A stretch of 61,761 nucleotides of DNA, counting the filler, from Choristocarpus tenellus KU-1152 (taxonomy: Eukaryota > Protista > Phaeophyceae), in assembly GCA_964200185.2 (NCBI GenBank). It is 9 parts of 9 records of this genome, joined end to end, with 100 filler letters (N's around TTAATTAATTAA, not from the genome) between each part and the next. Parts side by side here need not be neighbours in the genome. Positions count along the whole stretch, not along the records: positions 1 to 13,746 come from CAXNAD020001383.1; 8 more parts are not named here. One strand, written 5' to 3'. Numbering within the stretch: position 1 is the first letter of the stretch; every line of letters starts with the position of its first letter. The position numbers and the translations under genes are program-made. Of this stretch, positions 1-12,359 are shown one piece after another. The notes below the pieces were generated by a model, which was not told the origin of the DNA, made no database searches, and saw nothing but the letters and a program-made list of their open reading frames with translations.

Positions 1-242
1 CCCACTCCCCACCGACCCGCCATTCTCTTGTTTGCCCCCACCCCCCCCCCCCCCCCCCCTTCCTTGCTGTAACCTTTTTGACCTTAATTTTCCTAGTGTT
101 GTGATATTGTGGCTATAACCGTTTGTTGCCTGCCTTTCCTCCATGCTACCAAGTTCACATTACCCACTCGCCCACCCACCCACCCACTCCACTCACCCAC
201 TGTATTTTTTGATGTGACTCCTCTTCAAATGTTCCTCTTCAG

Positions 243-3072
243 ATTGTGTCCAATGTTATTCGGGACGTTCACCACAGTCTACACCGTTCTTACCTGTTGG
301 GCATGTCACTATCACGGATGGCAATTCCACTCTATGTCTACGGTTGTCCAAATAGTTTTATTACCCTGCTAACTGAAGATTACCGTCCAAACTACCGTCA
401 GTGCTTGGCTCTAATGCTGTGGATGTCAGTGCAGGTGTGTACCTCACCCCCCTTGCTCCCCCTACGTCCCTGCCCACCTCCCCATTCATTCCTCCTGTTG
501 ACTGGGACACGAGTGGTCTCTAACGGTTGAGTAGAGCAGAGGATTTGGGACACTGCATTGCACCCCTTAGGGAACGAAATGCATATTCTGTACTTACGAT
601 TAGGGGTTAGGGTTAGATCTTCTTCTTGCTGTCAGAGCAAGTAAGTGTTCAACAGGCGTTCCAGACTTTTTAGTTGGTTTACAGAAATATTAGTGCAAGT
701 TGTGGCGGAAATGAGTTGATTTAATAGTGTGTGGGGTGATCCTGTTACTCTTGTAGAGTCTTTCTTTTTCTGCTGTGTAGGTGACTATGGGGGGCTCTAT
801 CTACCTGTTTGCTTGTATGTTGAATATGCCCTGCGTGGCGTAGGGCACGTGGAGGTATAGTGTGAGGTAGAACGCTCCTGTAGGCTATGTGCAAATGCCT
901 GTCAAGTGTTGGAACCCCTCCCCCCATTCAAGGTAGTTTCTGTGCATGCTTGGTATTTTGGATGCAGGAGAATCCACACCGTCTAGAATAGTCTGTGCTG
1001 ATGGTTTCTGGCTTCTTGCTTAGGTTGGAGAGTGAACTTGGTTATTGACATGTAAGCTTGTTGAGGTTATTGACATGAGTATGTGGCTAGGAAACGCCCG
1101 TATGCTCTTGTGATGGCATTCCCCTTCCCACACAAACGATCTTCTCCACTTTGGTTGTGAATGGTACGGACTGTGCCAGGTGTTGGTGCTCTTGGCGCAA
1201 GATCGCTTTGGACCTCGGTTCTTCATTCCCAAGCGATTCCTTCCAACCAAGTACGATTATCACCGACCGCTCCCTCCTGAGTGGGGTAACCTACAGGCAA
1301 GTCGTTGCAGAACAGGAGAAGATGAATCCTCTCTGATAGCGCTAAAGCCCTAGCACTGCCAGTTGTCTGTTGCCACAAAGGGGGAAGGGGGAGAGGGTGT
1401 TTTGGGGTATAGCTTGTAGTTTGTATGTTTTATCTTGGATTATTGATTGATAAGAGTGGATTTTTCAGTACATTTGTCCTTTAGACTCACTGCCTCATGA
1501 GGTTTTCTTTGTTCACCCCCTTCCCCCCTCCGCCCCCCCTTGCTGAACTTTTGGCTAGTGGTCACCAGTAAATTACGCAAAACACTGTTTCTCCACTTGA
1601 AACTATGTAGCAGTCAGAAGATTGGTATAAAGGGTGTTTCTTTTTTTTAGTTACAGAATATACCATTAACAGTGTGGGTCAGTATTGATACTATCTCCAT
1701 CCAATGAAATTAGAGCAGGTTCTATGCCGTAGTGTTGTACGGTTCTTTTCCCAGTTCTAGTGGGATGTTGGAGTGATACCAAGTTCATTGTAATGACCTC
1801 CCTGTCTTATCTCTATGATCACCACCACCTCATAGGGCGGAATCACCTCCCTATATCTCAAAGTGTGTGTGTGCGAATTTTTAAGCTGATGTCTGATATT
1901 TTGTTGTGTGGGATTTTTTTATTTGACAGGTGGTGACAGGGACCGCTGGACAGCCAAGTGAGGAGAGGGATGTAGAAACTGGGAGTAGTCCAGAGGTGGG
2001 TCACAGCTGAAGGGGAGGTTTTGTGTGTGGATGAGAAAGGAAGGGTGGGGGGGGGAGGGTCTTGCATGTAGGGAGTTTCAGAGTGGGTTGAGTGGGAGAT
2101 CCTGGGAAGGGGATTGTGGTGAAGTGTATGTTGTGTTTAAGTAGCAGGGGTTGGGTGGGTGGGTGGTTGTGATTAACTTGGTTTGCAAGTGAAGATGGTG
2201 CGACCTGGGTCGTATTTGTTATTTTTTAAATTTGAATGTTCCAAGTATGTTTATTGGTTACAGATATTGCTCTTGTTGTTCATCGTTGGTGTCAATACTT
2301 GAGGCAATAGCTACGTCATGCAGTCATGAGTCGGATTTATCATTAGTGGGTTGTGTTGGTTTGATACTTGAGCCTAGCCCAAGTATATTTTTTTCGAGGG
2401 TAAAGATATTTTCTTTGGACGGTAGGTTCGAAACGTTTGATGATTCAGCAAATGGTTATGTTCGAGGAGTACCTCGAAAATATTTTGACTGGTTTCAGCT
2501 TCTCTTCGTTTGCTTTCCTTGCCAAAATGGTCGTCTGATGATGTGAGGGAGGGTACAATATGGTTGATTATTTTGGTGTTCTGGTGTATGTTTGGCACAA
2601 GAAGGGTGTTGAAAAGATGCCTGCTGCTGTTACAGGAAATTGAACTTTTATGTAGATGTTCCTATTTCTGTCCAAGATGGCTGGCATCAAGGGATGCCCT
2701 TTTCAAGTGTTGACTAATTTTTTATTCATTGTAGTCAGCCTGTGAAGACAGTTTGGCAACTTTGAATTCGTCATGGAATGACTCTCAGATCAAGCCGTTT
2801 TGTGTCTTATTGGTTGGTCCTTTTCTGCACTATGGTGCAGATGAGGGTACACTTCTGCAGTGCTCTTTATAGTCCATCTCACATACCTTCTCTGCATCCC
2901 TTCTGGCTATATAATCCAACAGTGTGTGATCTGCTACAATGGAGTGGATCCGACACTGGAGGACTTCATGATCACCCCATGCGACCACGTGTTCCACGAG
3001 GATTGCCTTATTCGTTGGTTGGACATCAAGATGGAGTGCCCCACTTGCCGTGCGCAGCTTCCCCCCCCATGA
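243..3072 (+). CDS. Transmembrane RING-H2 E3 ubiquitin ligase, Tul1/FLY-like; 3' part only (exons 243-434, 1180-1296, 1930-1995, 2923-3072)
   Basis: Manual splicing gives IVSNVIRDVHHSLHRSYLLGMSLSRMAIPLYVYGCPNSF...LWMSVQ|VLVLLAQDRFGPRFFIPKRFLPTKYDYHRPL...|...DVETGSSPE|CVICYN...MITPCDHVFHEDCLIRWLDIKMECPTCRAQLPPP*. The Q..FGPRFF.P...LP..YDYH and terminal RING-H2 CP.CR..LPP motifs are typical of Tul1/FLY ligases. All junctions are phase 0. The 5' exons lie upstream of the window. Confidence 0.88.
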
Positions 3073-3448
3073 TTCTTACCACGATGAGGGGGTTCTTGGT
3101 GATGGACTAGAAGAGGGCATGCTGCATCAGAGAAATAATTGCTGAGGGTTACTTGTCTTCAGTTGCATAAAATATGTTTTCATAGGGCATGCAGTGCACG
3201 CTTATGTGTGTATATGTGTGTGTTTGGATGTGTTATATGGGTTAGAACAGGGGTTATGATTTATTGAGACAAAGACAAAGTGCGCCTCAAAGGGAGGTTA
3301 GTAGTAAGCAAGGTATGTGAGCTCTAGATGCCCCAGCCCCAACAACCCAACCCGGTCACAGGGAGTTGTTCTTGTGTTTAAGACATCTACATTAGTTTTT
3401 TACCCTCTTCGCTTAATTTCATCTTTCAAGTCATGTGTCCACCTTGGC

Positions 3449-3502
<54 letters not shown>

Positions 3503-3632
3503 CCGCCGGGCCGGGGGGCCGGGGGGGCCCCCGCGGAACATAACCAAAACAAGACAAAACAACCANNNNNNNNNNTTTTAAAAAAAAAAACACAAAAAAC
3601 TACGGGGGGGGGGGGGCGGCGGCCCGTGTCTC

Positions 3633-3667
<35 letters not shown>

Positions 3668-6600
3668 ACCTCTGTTCTATACCTTTTGAAGTGGCATATG
3701 AACATGTGGATAATTACAGTTTGTGCTGGATGGAATTAGGATAAGTTTGGAGGAGTTGAACGAGGGGATGATCTCCCTGGTGGAAAGCAAAAGGAGCCTT
3801 TGGTTTTGAGGGTTATCCTATGTGCCACTGGTGGTGTCAATAATTGGTGGAAGAGGGGATGCTTACAACTGAGTGTATGCATAGATGGATAGATTTCTTT
3901 GATTTTTTATGAGGGTGCTGTATTTGCAAGTTTGAATTGCGACATTTGTGGATTGTGTGTTGCCATGATTGGTGTTTATGGTCGAGTGGGATTATTGGGA
4001 TTGTTGTTGGTAAGGGGGGCCCATTGTTGTGCATCATTGATTGCTTGAAATGGTCCCTTTCTCCTTATTTCCCATGTTTTGTTGAACGACTTGTAATGAT
4101 CATTCCCCCCTCCAATCACCCTTTGCCCTGTTCGACATAAAACCACTGTAAGCCATTGTAAAGTGAAGGTTCAAAGTAAGCGGTGCCTGATTGGGCTCAT
4201 CAATATGAAAAGGATACAATGCAAGACCTTTTCAGGAGGTGGAGATGTGAGGCAGCAATGTTTTTGTTTACTTTTGAGGAGTGCTTGAAGAGTGCATGGC
4301 TCTTTTTTTTTTGTCTCCAGGTCTAAAGCACTCTGCGATTGTATAAAAGCTGTTAGATACATCTTTAGTACTTCCACCCCCACAATAATGTCATCAAGAG
4401 TTATTCCTTCTGCGACGTGGCAGATCTTGTCTGCTATTCCAACCCTTGTAAAGCTCTTGTCAAATATTGAGATATCTGCATCATCTGGGTGGTAGTTGCC
4501 AATACAGACTAGGCGTTACTCTGGGCATCGTAGTGCACTTCAGTTTGAGCACTCTTGGGTGTAGGATCAATGCCCTCTTGCGTGTGCTTTGTTGTGGTGT
4601 TCTATCGTATCTTTCAATGTGTTGAACCTAATTTCATTGCCCATCAAAGACACACCAAGCAATGCATGTTCTTTCTTTCAAGCAAAAGAGAACAGTCTTG
4701 CCAAGAAACTTAACTCGCCTTTAAATCGAAAAATAACATACTGGTCTTCATATTTTTGATGTAACGCATTCCATTTTTACAGCATCCTACGATTTCCGTG
4801 CATGTGTGTGCAAGGAACCACTGTTGAGGGAGATTTATTTTTTTTCACAAAGAATTTTGTTCCTTGAAAAGGTTCTAACTGGATTCAGTCACTGAAACCA
4901 TCGGGTATATGTTTCCTCCCTTACAGTAGTATGCAAGTTTCTGAATACGCAGATGACAACACTCCCTATGAAGTTCATGGGGATTGAGAATTAACTTACT
5001 TGTCGTAGAGATTCAGCTGGCGTTGGACAAGTGTTTTTGGAAGAGTAGAAAAGAATTATAACTGTATTTTTTTTGTAGGGTCCTTCTGTGTTCAATTTGC
5101 TCATCAAGAGGACCTTTTTGGTGTTTTCTTTTAGCTGCCAGCCCCGCCCTAATGTATTTTTCCCCTCTTTGAGGCGAGTGTAATGGGCACTAACTACCCT
5201 TTGGTTCTGCTACTTCATGATAATAATAACCAACGCCCACGAACAACTCAGAATGACAGTTGTAACTCTGGCATGAAGGATTTCTATGGAGGACTCGATA
5301 TTTAATTAGAGTCTAACTGCAGCAAGACACCTTCAAGAAAGGAAAAACAACGTGCATGCAGTCTGGGTGCAAGCCCAGACCTTCACAGGTACACTTTTCT
5401 TGACTTGTGGATGAGGGATTCCAACAGTCCAAGAACGGTTCTCAGACTTTTGAAATTGTAGTTGACTGTTTGGCTCTTGAAAATGGGAATGCATCAGGGG
5501 CATGGGAGGAGGAGCAGAAAAGAGGTAAAAGCTGAGTGGAACAAGACAACTATCCAAAATTGTGCAGACTAAATACAAAAAAAAACAGCCTGAAGTTAGT
5601 CAATGGGGCCTGCCTGCAGACCAAAGTGAAGAAACATAATGGGTGGTTCATGTCGCCTGAAAGCTATGGGAAGGGGGTGGGGGGAGTGTTCCAAAATCCC
5701 AATCCATGAATCTCCTTGCCACGGAAGAGCTACAGAACATGGTATGAACAAAATTGAACCAATGAAAGGTCTCCATTTGATTCTTGCCTTCCAATATCTC
5801 CCCTAGCTCTGTACACTGTACACAGTCCACTCTCAAAACTCGACCAAGAGAACTTTGAACAACTAAATACTGCAAGAGGATGCTCCACATCACTAACATC
5901 AAGAACATTGGTTAGCCCTAGCTAGGGGGAAGGATGAGTGTATATTTATAGAATAGAATTGTCTTTCCAGTAGATTCCTCACAGACGCCATTGAAAGATA
6001 AAGGCAACCATGGAAATATTGGTACTTAAAAAGTTGGTAGGGGAGTGGAGTGGAGTGGGCGAAGAAGGGCATCGTAGTGAGTGAGGATGCATCACAAGGG
6101 CTAATGCTGTACGTTATGCCTCCATTTTTTCTATACATCCATGTTTTCTATGCCTCGCATTCGACAGTGAGTTGTGAGTGCATGGGGAAGAAATTTATCT
6201 AACCTAGATCAACACTATGGTCCCTTGCTGGAAAACAAAATCAGCAGAGGTGTGTATATTCGCACAAAACGAGCCCTATAGAAAAATTACAGACACATTC
6301 GAATGCGTTACAATCAGAACAGAGTCACATGTAATGGTACTGTTCAATTTATACATGACAAAGCACACGAAAAACAGATAAAAATAGCAAGCAGTTTGTA
6401 TGGAAAAACAAACGCGCTTGAGGTGTGTGTGTGTGTGTGTGTGTACGTGAGGGGGGTGGGTATCATAAAGAAGCAAATATGTAAAGCATCAACAACTCTA
6501 CTCGACCAAAATAAAATACCATGCTCATAGACAACGGGGTGCACACTAAAAAGTAATACAGCACTCAATACACAGAGTTAAGGCAGATGTCTACAGCCTA

Positions 6601-7043
6601 CATAGAAAAGTTAGCAAAGCCTCACTCTAGTCAACGAAGAAGCCCAAGATGTATCACTTCCAAATTGATAATTTGCCTACCCCCAACGACCCACCCCACT
6701 CACAAACTCCCCCAAGTACTACTACACAAGGGGAGGAGTCGTGGGAGACAGACTGACAACCAGCGCATGCAAACCAAAATAACACCACACAAAAATTTAT
6801 TCCAAATAAATGCCTGAATTTTTACATGCCACATCATTGAATGACACCAATAAACCTGCCCTGGCCTCTCAAACAACTAAAAAATACCCTCAAGTAAAAA
6901 GATGCACAAATGGGAAATCAAGTTCACTACACTTCATCCATTCATCACAGCAAGTAACATCTCTTATCCTCATCAGCCCCAGATCTTTGGTGAGGAAATT
7001 CACTTGCCCCCATCCAAATGTCCCTCAAGGCCAGGGCCTTACC

Positions 7044-9287
7044 TCACAATGGCGCATTGAAGAAAGAGTCTAGATATGCCAAATACCTAGTGGGGGAAGT
7101 TGTTGATGGTGAGAGATGTTCCCCCATCTCGTCCCTCTCCACTCCTGCTTCACTAACCCCTGTTCCCACAACTACCCCTTCCCCCAACCCAGATCCCTCT
7201 CGCAACAGCATCACACCTGCTCCCTCTGGAGCACCAGCACCCCAACTAGATGAAGGACTTTGTCCTGAAGGAGAAGCCCCCCCTATGTTTCCTTTCCCAG
7301 TTTGACCCAAGGGACCTCGTCGATCCCAAAATGGTCTTACCGGTGATGTTGCACGGAGGTGTCTTCCTCTCCCCCTCACCCCTGTTGTCCCACTGCCACT
7401 ACAAGGAACAGCAATGCTGCCACTTCTCGGGGTTGTGAAGCCACTCTTCGGTGAAACAGAACCCTTCTGTGGAGTAACAATATGGGCTTCCAAATTGGGA
7501 TGTGTAGGAACGCTGCTACCAGCTCTGGAGCGGTGATCATGCTCCTCTGCCTGCACCTCTCTCCTAAGACTACCACGACTGCCATTGCTAAGAAACCTAC
7601 CAGGACTACCAGGAGTACCTTCCCCCGAGTCCAGAAATACAATCAGTGGGATGCACATGAGGGACGGATTGGCAAGTACAGTAGCAAGCCACACAGCCAG
7701 ATGTACCTGACATTCCGCAAGTTCCTCATCTGCTGTTCTCTGGCGGCGCCACCCTTCCCTTATTGACAGGAGGTCGCTCATTAGGCCACCTCCACTGTTA
7801 CTCTTGAGGTCCAGCTCAGGTACAGCCTGATTTCCAAAAGACTTCACCAGGGCCTGTTGGAGACCCTGGAACTCATCGACGCGACGCTCCACAGTCCAAC
7901 TCGTGCCCTCCTGCGTAATGGACAGCTGAAAGTAGACACGGTCAGACCGAAAAACGTTTCGCTCAATGCGGTAACCTGTGATGCCGCAGGAGATCGATTC
8001 CATCTGCGACGACCAGCGTCTGCCACAGAGGAGCGCCGTGGAAGACCTGTGACCGACAGGGATATCGGGAGTGGGACATTCTGATGGGGTTTTTTTCTCC
8101 AACTCATCCAGCCAAGGACCAGACAGAATCTCATCGAGCTGACTGTTCACCCAGTCGAGGCGGCCAAGCATGCGTGCAGCGAGCGCAGCACCCTCATCAG
8201 CGACATGTTCCACTGCCGGTGCCCAGCCACTTGAAACCACCCTCTCGTGTATTACTCCCATACCCACAGTGATATCCTCTTCTGCCCCCTTACTCCCAGA
8301 CTTCAAAGGCTTAAACCCATGCGCTGGGCATACCACCGAGGGGTCAGCTTCTGATATAGCGTCTGGCACCCATACATTCATCAACTCGATGAGATCATTC
8401 ATCGCGTCGCTTGTCTGGGCATTCACCTCCACCAGCGTGTCCCGGATGATGCCCGGACGACCCTTTTCCAATTCGGGTGGAGTAGACTCTATTACCCCTC
8501 GACCACCCACAAGGTTAACGACGGTATCACAGCTGCTGTTGCTACCCTGGTGTAGGACCATGCTCTCCTGATCTTCGCTCTCCAATAAAGCATTATTTAA
8601 TAACCTCAATTGTCGGTATCGGTCGTCATTGCACCAATCGAGAGTTTCCTCCACATCCCAAGGGCTAAACCTGTGCTCATCTCCTGGAGAGATGACCCCA
8701 GAAAACGATCGCCGCCTGAAATATCTCTTGCGTGATTTGCGCCGATCCCGTTTCTTACGCAATGGACGGTACGGGCCTAATCGCGCTTCATCATGTGATC
8801 TACTGTGTGCAGTCTTGGCAAAGAAAGACTTCACAGCAGCGTCAATGTCAGCCTTGAGCATGGCCGAATCGATATTTAACGATTCTTTCAAATCCTCATG
8901 CTCGCTATCGCTTTCATTCACATCCCCACTTAGTTTTGGTCGCACTTCACTTGATCCACTATTTTTGGATCCCCTCCTAACGGCATCAGCAAGAAGCCGC
9001 TTCACGTCCTGGTGCAGTCGAGTAAGTTCCCCATCCATGAATTTTACCTCGTAGTCACTGTCGCCATCTTCTCCACTGCCATGTTTTTGGCGCCCTTCCA
9101 CTCCACTTTTTGGTCCTCGATCTAGATGCATAGTCCAGGAACTATCCGACATTAGGCGGGCTACATCCTCACTCGACATTTCGCTTCCCAAACTCGCCTC
9201 ACGTGTGTGAACAACCTTCCATCTCCTCTTTCCTCTTTCAACCCGTCTCTTGGTCCTCTTAAAAGGGACCAGTTGGGTATGTACCAT
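7044..9287 (-). CDS. PX (phox homology) domain protein, 747 aa, with low-complexity Ser/Gly-rich flanks
   Basis: Long uninterrupted ATG-initiated ORF. The segment ISCGITGYRIE...VYFQLSITQEGTSWTVERRVDEFQGLQQALVKSFG...VPELDLK...LAVWLATVLANPSLMCIPLIVFLD has the PX-domain pattern. Confidence 0.8.
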   Translation of the reverse strand: MVHTQLVPFKRTKRRVERGKRRWKVVHTREASLGSEMSSEDVARLMSDSSWTMHLDRGPKSGVEGRQKHGSGEDGDSDYEVKFMDGELTRLHQDVKRLLADAVRRGSKNSGSSEVRPKLSGDVNESDSEHEDLKESLNIDSAMLKADIDAAVKSFFAKTAHSRSHDEARLGPYRPLRKKRDRRKSRKRYFRRRSFSGVISPGDEHRFSPWDVEETLDWCNDDRYRQLRLLNNALLESEDQESMVLHQGSNSSCDTVVNLVGGRGVIESTPPELEKGRPGIIRDTLVEVNAQTSDAMNDLIELMNVWVPDAISEADPSVVCPAHGFKPLKSGSKGAEEDITVGMGVIHERVVSSGWAPAVEHVADEGAALAARMLGRLDWVNSQLDEILSGPWLDELEKKTPSECPTPDIPVGHRSSTALLCGRRWSSQMESISCGITGYRIERNVFRSDRVYFQLSITQEGTSWTVERRVDEFQGLQQALVKSFGNQAVPELDLKSNSGGGLMSDLLSIREGWRRQRTADEELAECQVHLAVWLATVLANPSLMCIPLIVFLDSGEGTPGSPGRFLSNGSRGSLRREVQAEEHDHRSRAGSSVPTHPNLEAHIVTPQKGSVSPKSGFTTPRSGSIAVPCSGSGTTGVRGRGRHLRATSPVRPFWDRRGPLGQTGKGNIGGASPSGQSPSSSWGAGAPEGAGVMLLREGSGLGEGVVVGTGVSEAGVERDEMGEHLSPSTTSPTRYLAYLDSFFNAPL

Positions 9288-11284
9288 ATGAATGGAGGTT
9301 TTTGTAGTCGCGATTTCCCTGTCAAATTATCTGAGATTTACTTCCCCATAAGCAAAATGCCAATGCTTACACCAGAAGAGTTCATATTATAATAACACAA
9401 TATTTGACCACTGATACTTAAGGGAGTTGTCGAAAATATTCTGACAACTTCCTCGAAACAGATATACTATGTGTATGGATTAAACAATCCTTGCGCAGGT
9501 ATATGATGAAGGAATGTGAAGTAGGTTCTAGTTCAAGAGCAAGACCTCAAGTAGTATGAAATAATGTGTAATTTGTACCAACCACTTGTATGAAGTTTTT
9601 GGGGCCACAGATGAAGAACAACTGATCGACCAACACAACTGAAAAACTAAAACGGACTAATTAATTAAGCCAAAAAGAATTATTGTCAACAATTAATTGG
9701 ATGTACCCTTCTAAGGCATACTACAAGGAGATGTCAGTGAATGAAGTCTGTTGAATATGTCAATGAATAAGACAAACCAGACAGATTGAGATCTCAAATT
9801 GTTGTTTCACCAGTGCTACGCAAACACATTTTTATTAGTGCATAGACATGCCTTTCCAAGGGTGTTTAGAACCCGGTTTGTGATTGTTGATGGTCAGACC
9901 TCTTGGGGCGTACCTCCCACAAACAGCTATAATACTGTGCGCAGCAAAAAAAGGTTGCTCTCTCATTGCAGGACCTAGGTGTGGACACTACTTCGAATTT
10001 GTGAGACTATGGATTAAGATGGGGACAAAAAGATGAAGACTTCCATTGTCACACTCCCGAGGAAGAGAAGAATGGCGAGGGCTCCAGTGACAACCCGCCA
10101 TTGTGTCAAGAGCTATTTCACCTCCAACTGGAATCAGGCTCATTGTTGCCGAAAAGTTACACCTGTCTGGCACGGATGGGGTCAGCTTCGTTTGGGAGAA
10201 AGTGCCACCGACATGGTTGAGGGAGTGGTAGTGAGGGTGATGATGGAGGGGTGAGTCCTCTTTTGTCTCCCTTTGCTAAGTTGTACCACATTTATTTATT
10301 TTTGGAGCCGAAGGTTAAAGAGAGGACAGAGTAGAGTACGCCTGGACATTGCTGCTCAAGGCAAAAATGATCCAATGTTTTACATGAATGAATGAGCTAT
10401 GTTGTAAACATTACCACCACATTTCATTGAAATACACTAGCTTTACTCACCAGTTGCACACATTTCATTTTTTGATGTCCACTTTTGATTCACGTCAAGA
10501 AATATGAATATTTATACTGACATACGTACAGTTTTCATTTGTTTTCCCCCTGACACATCAACAAATTGTCAGAGGGCATAATAATCTGCATAATCATCTG
10601 CAAAATGTCAGAGGGCATAATAATAAAAATAATATAAGCAATATATATCAACCTCCGAATAACATATGTCACTCCATAAAAAATGTGTTCTTAACAGAAG
10701 TGTGCCTTAAATGGGGTACCGCCACTGAAATATTATGGTATATAATTAGAATGACAGACAAATACAGTTGATTTATATTCCAACCAATCCCAACATACAA
10801 TTACGACATCTTCAACAAGCAAGATTATTATTGTTTATGGGTATCGTAATATTTATCTACTTCTTAGTGTAAATACAACAAAATGAGTATCAATCAACCT
10901 AAAAAGACTTGCTACAAAAAGATTTTCTGATTTGTTTTGGTAGAACTCTCTCTTACCTTTTCCTTTTCACAAATTAGTCGAATAGAAAGTAAATAATTTG
11001 AGGCACCTCGAACATTTTCAAGGTGGACATTGGATTCAAGTTGGAAATAGTATCAAATATATCCAGTTCTTATCAACCAACAGAAAGAGATTTTCCTGTT
11101 TGTTTTAGGGGGAACTTGTATGACGTTCGGAATGACTTTGAAATATCCAAATACCTACTACCTCAAATCGCTTCGTCCGTTTCCTGAAACCAACTGAAAA
11201 AAGAAAAACACGTAAAAACAATTATTCTCTAGCATTAAATAATAGAGGTTATGATGTTAAATCATAGGTACATAATAAAGGAAA

Positions 11285-11405
11285 ATATTGGTACTTTATG
11301 TTTAGGATATTTTATTTCCTTAGGGCTAACAACGACATATGTATAGTTTTCATTGGTTTCCCCCCTGACACATCTGCAAAATGTCAGAGGGCATAATAAT
11401 AAAGA
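11285..11405. repeat. Dispersed hairpin-bearing repeat (other copies ~10531-10625, 28640-28760 inverted, 32310-32380)
   Basis: GTTTTCATTGGTTTCCCCCCTGACACATCTGCAAAATGTCAGAGGGCATAATAAT is nearly identical between 11346-11400 and the reverse complement of 28654-28708. Confidence 0.8.
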
Positions 11406-11462
11406 ACAAATATTGGTACTATTTTAATCATTTTGATCTTACAAATAATTCGATGGTGGGAG

Positions 11463-12359
11463 TGTGAGGTTGAAATAGTAGTTGATAGTGGGAGAATGGT
11501 TCCGAAACGGTTCCATCTTCAAATTTCTCGATCTAAAACACAGGAAAATACACAAGAACCCTCACTCACAAATTGAAAATACGTGACGGACAGGTCCCTT
11601 TGGGAGCTGATCTCGGTCCAGATACACATTCGCGCGCATACACAAGTGCATTGCGCGCAGATTTCTCTGTCATTGGTGATGTTCCCACCAACATCAAACA
11701 CACAGAACTTTTGAGAATTCTCAGATTTCTTGCCGTTGACGATCACAAAGATGTGACGTCATCTGGCGGAACTGGGATTCTCTTCAAACTTCTCCTAAGA
11801 TTTGATGGCTGAGAGAGCTTTGGGTTTGCTTGAAGCACCCCACCGTGACACAACTGGTAATTCTGAACACCCCCCACGACTGATTGGACCCTGCCTCACG
11901 ACAAATAGTAGTTTTGTGGGAAAGCATGTTCGTCCGTTGATATACCGTTATTTCCCCGTATGCCATATACCCTTACACTATTGTACCATATACCAATTGA
12001 GGTTCCTTGTGAAGCGTCCATGATTTAAGTGGCGGAGCTTGCATGAGAATGAATCCATGGAATCTCTTCAAGAATCCATCATGGATTTGGGACTGCTCTT
12101 CATTCAGAGTTGTCAAATATGAAAGATTCAGTTCGTTCTCCCGTCCTGACTTTTTCTGATGATCCTCTCTGACTAGATCCTCAGTCTGTCAGTTCTCACA
12201 GTTTTTGTACAAGCTGTCTTGCACTACTTGTCCAACTTTAACCTCATCCTCTCGGTTACAGTTCTTCTTGGTTCATCTGGTCTGTCTTGCCCGGTGATTC
12301 TCTTCGCCACCCTTACATACCTGAGTGAACCATGCCGCCACAGAATCACACAATTCATA
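11463..12359 (+). repeat. Gypsy LTR (~897 bp)
   Basis: Inverted termini TGTGA...TCA(C/T)A. Homologous inverted copies lie at ~25370-25760 and 46767-47200. Confidence 0.7.

Noticed and set aside
3317-3739. Poly-Pro/poly-Gly ORFs
   Set aside because: They derive from poly-C/G runs and low-quality sequence around a 10-N gap, a likely read-end artefact. A similar tract lies at 54715-54868.
7018-9054. Plus-strand ORFs overlapping the PX gene, and similar antisense ORFs over kelch, TLDc, DUSP12 and TE genes
   Set aside because: These are shadow ORFs of real coding sequence with no motifs.
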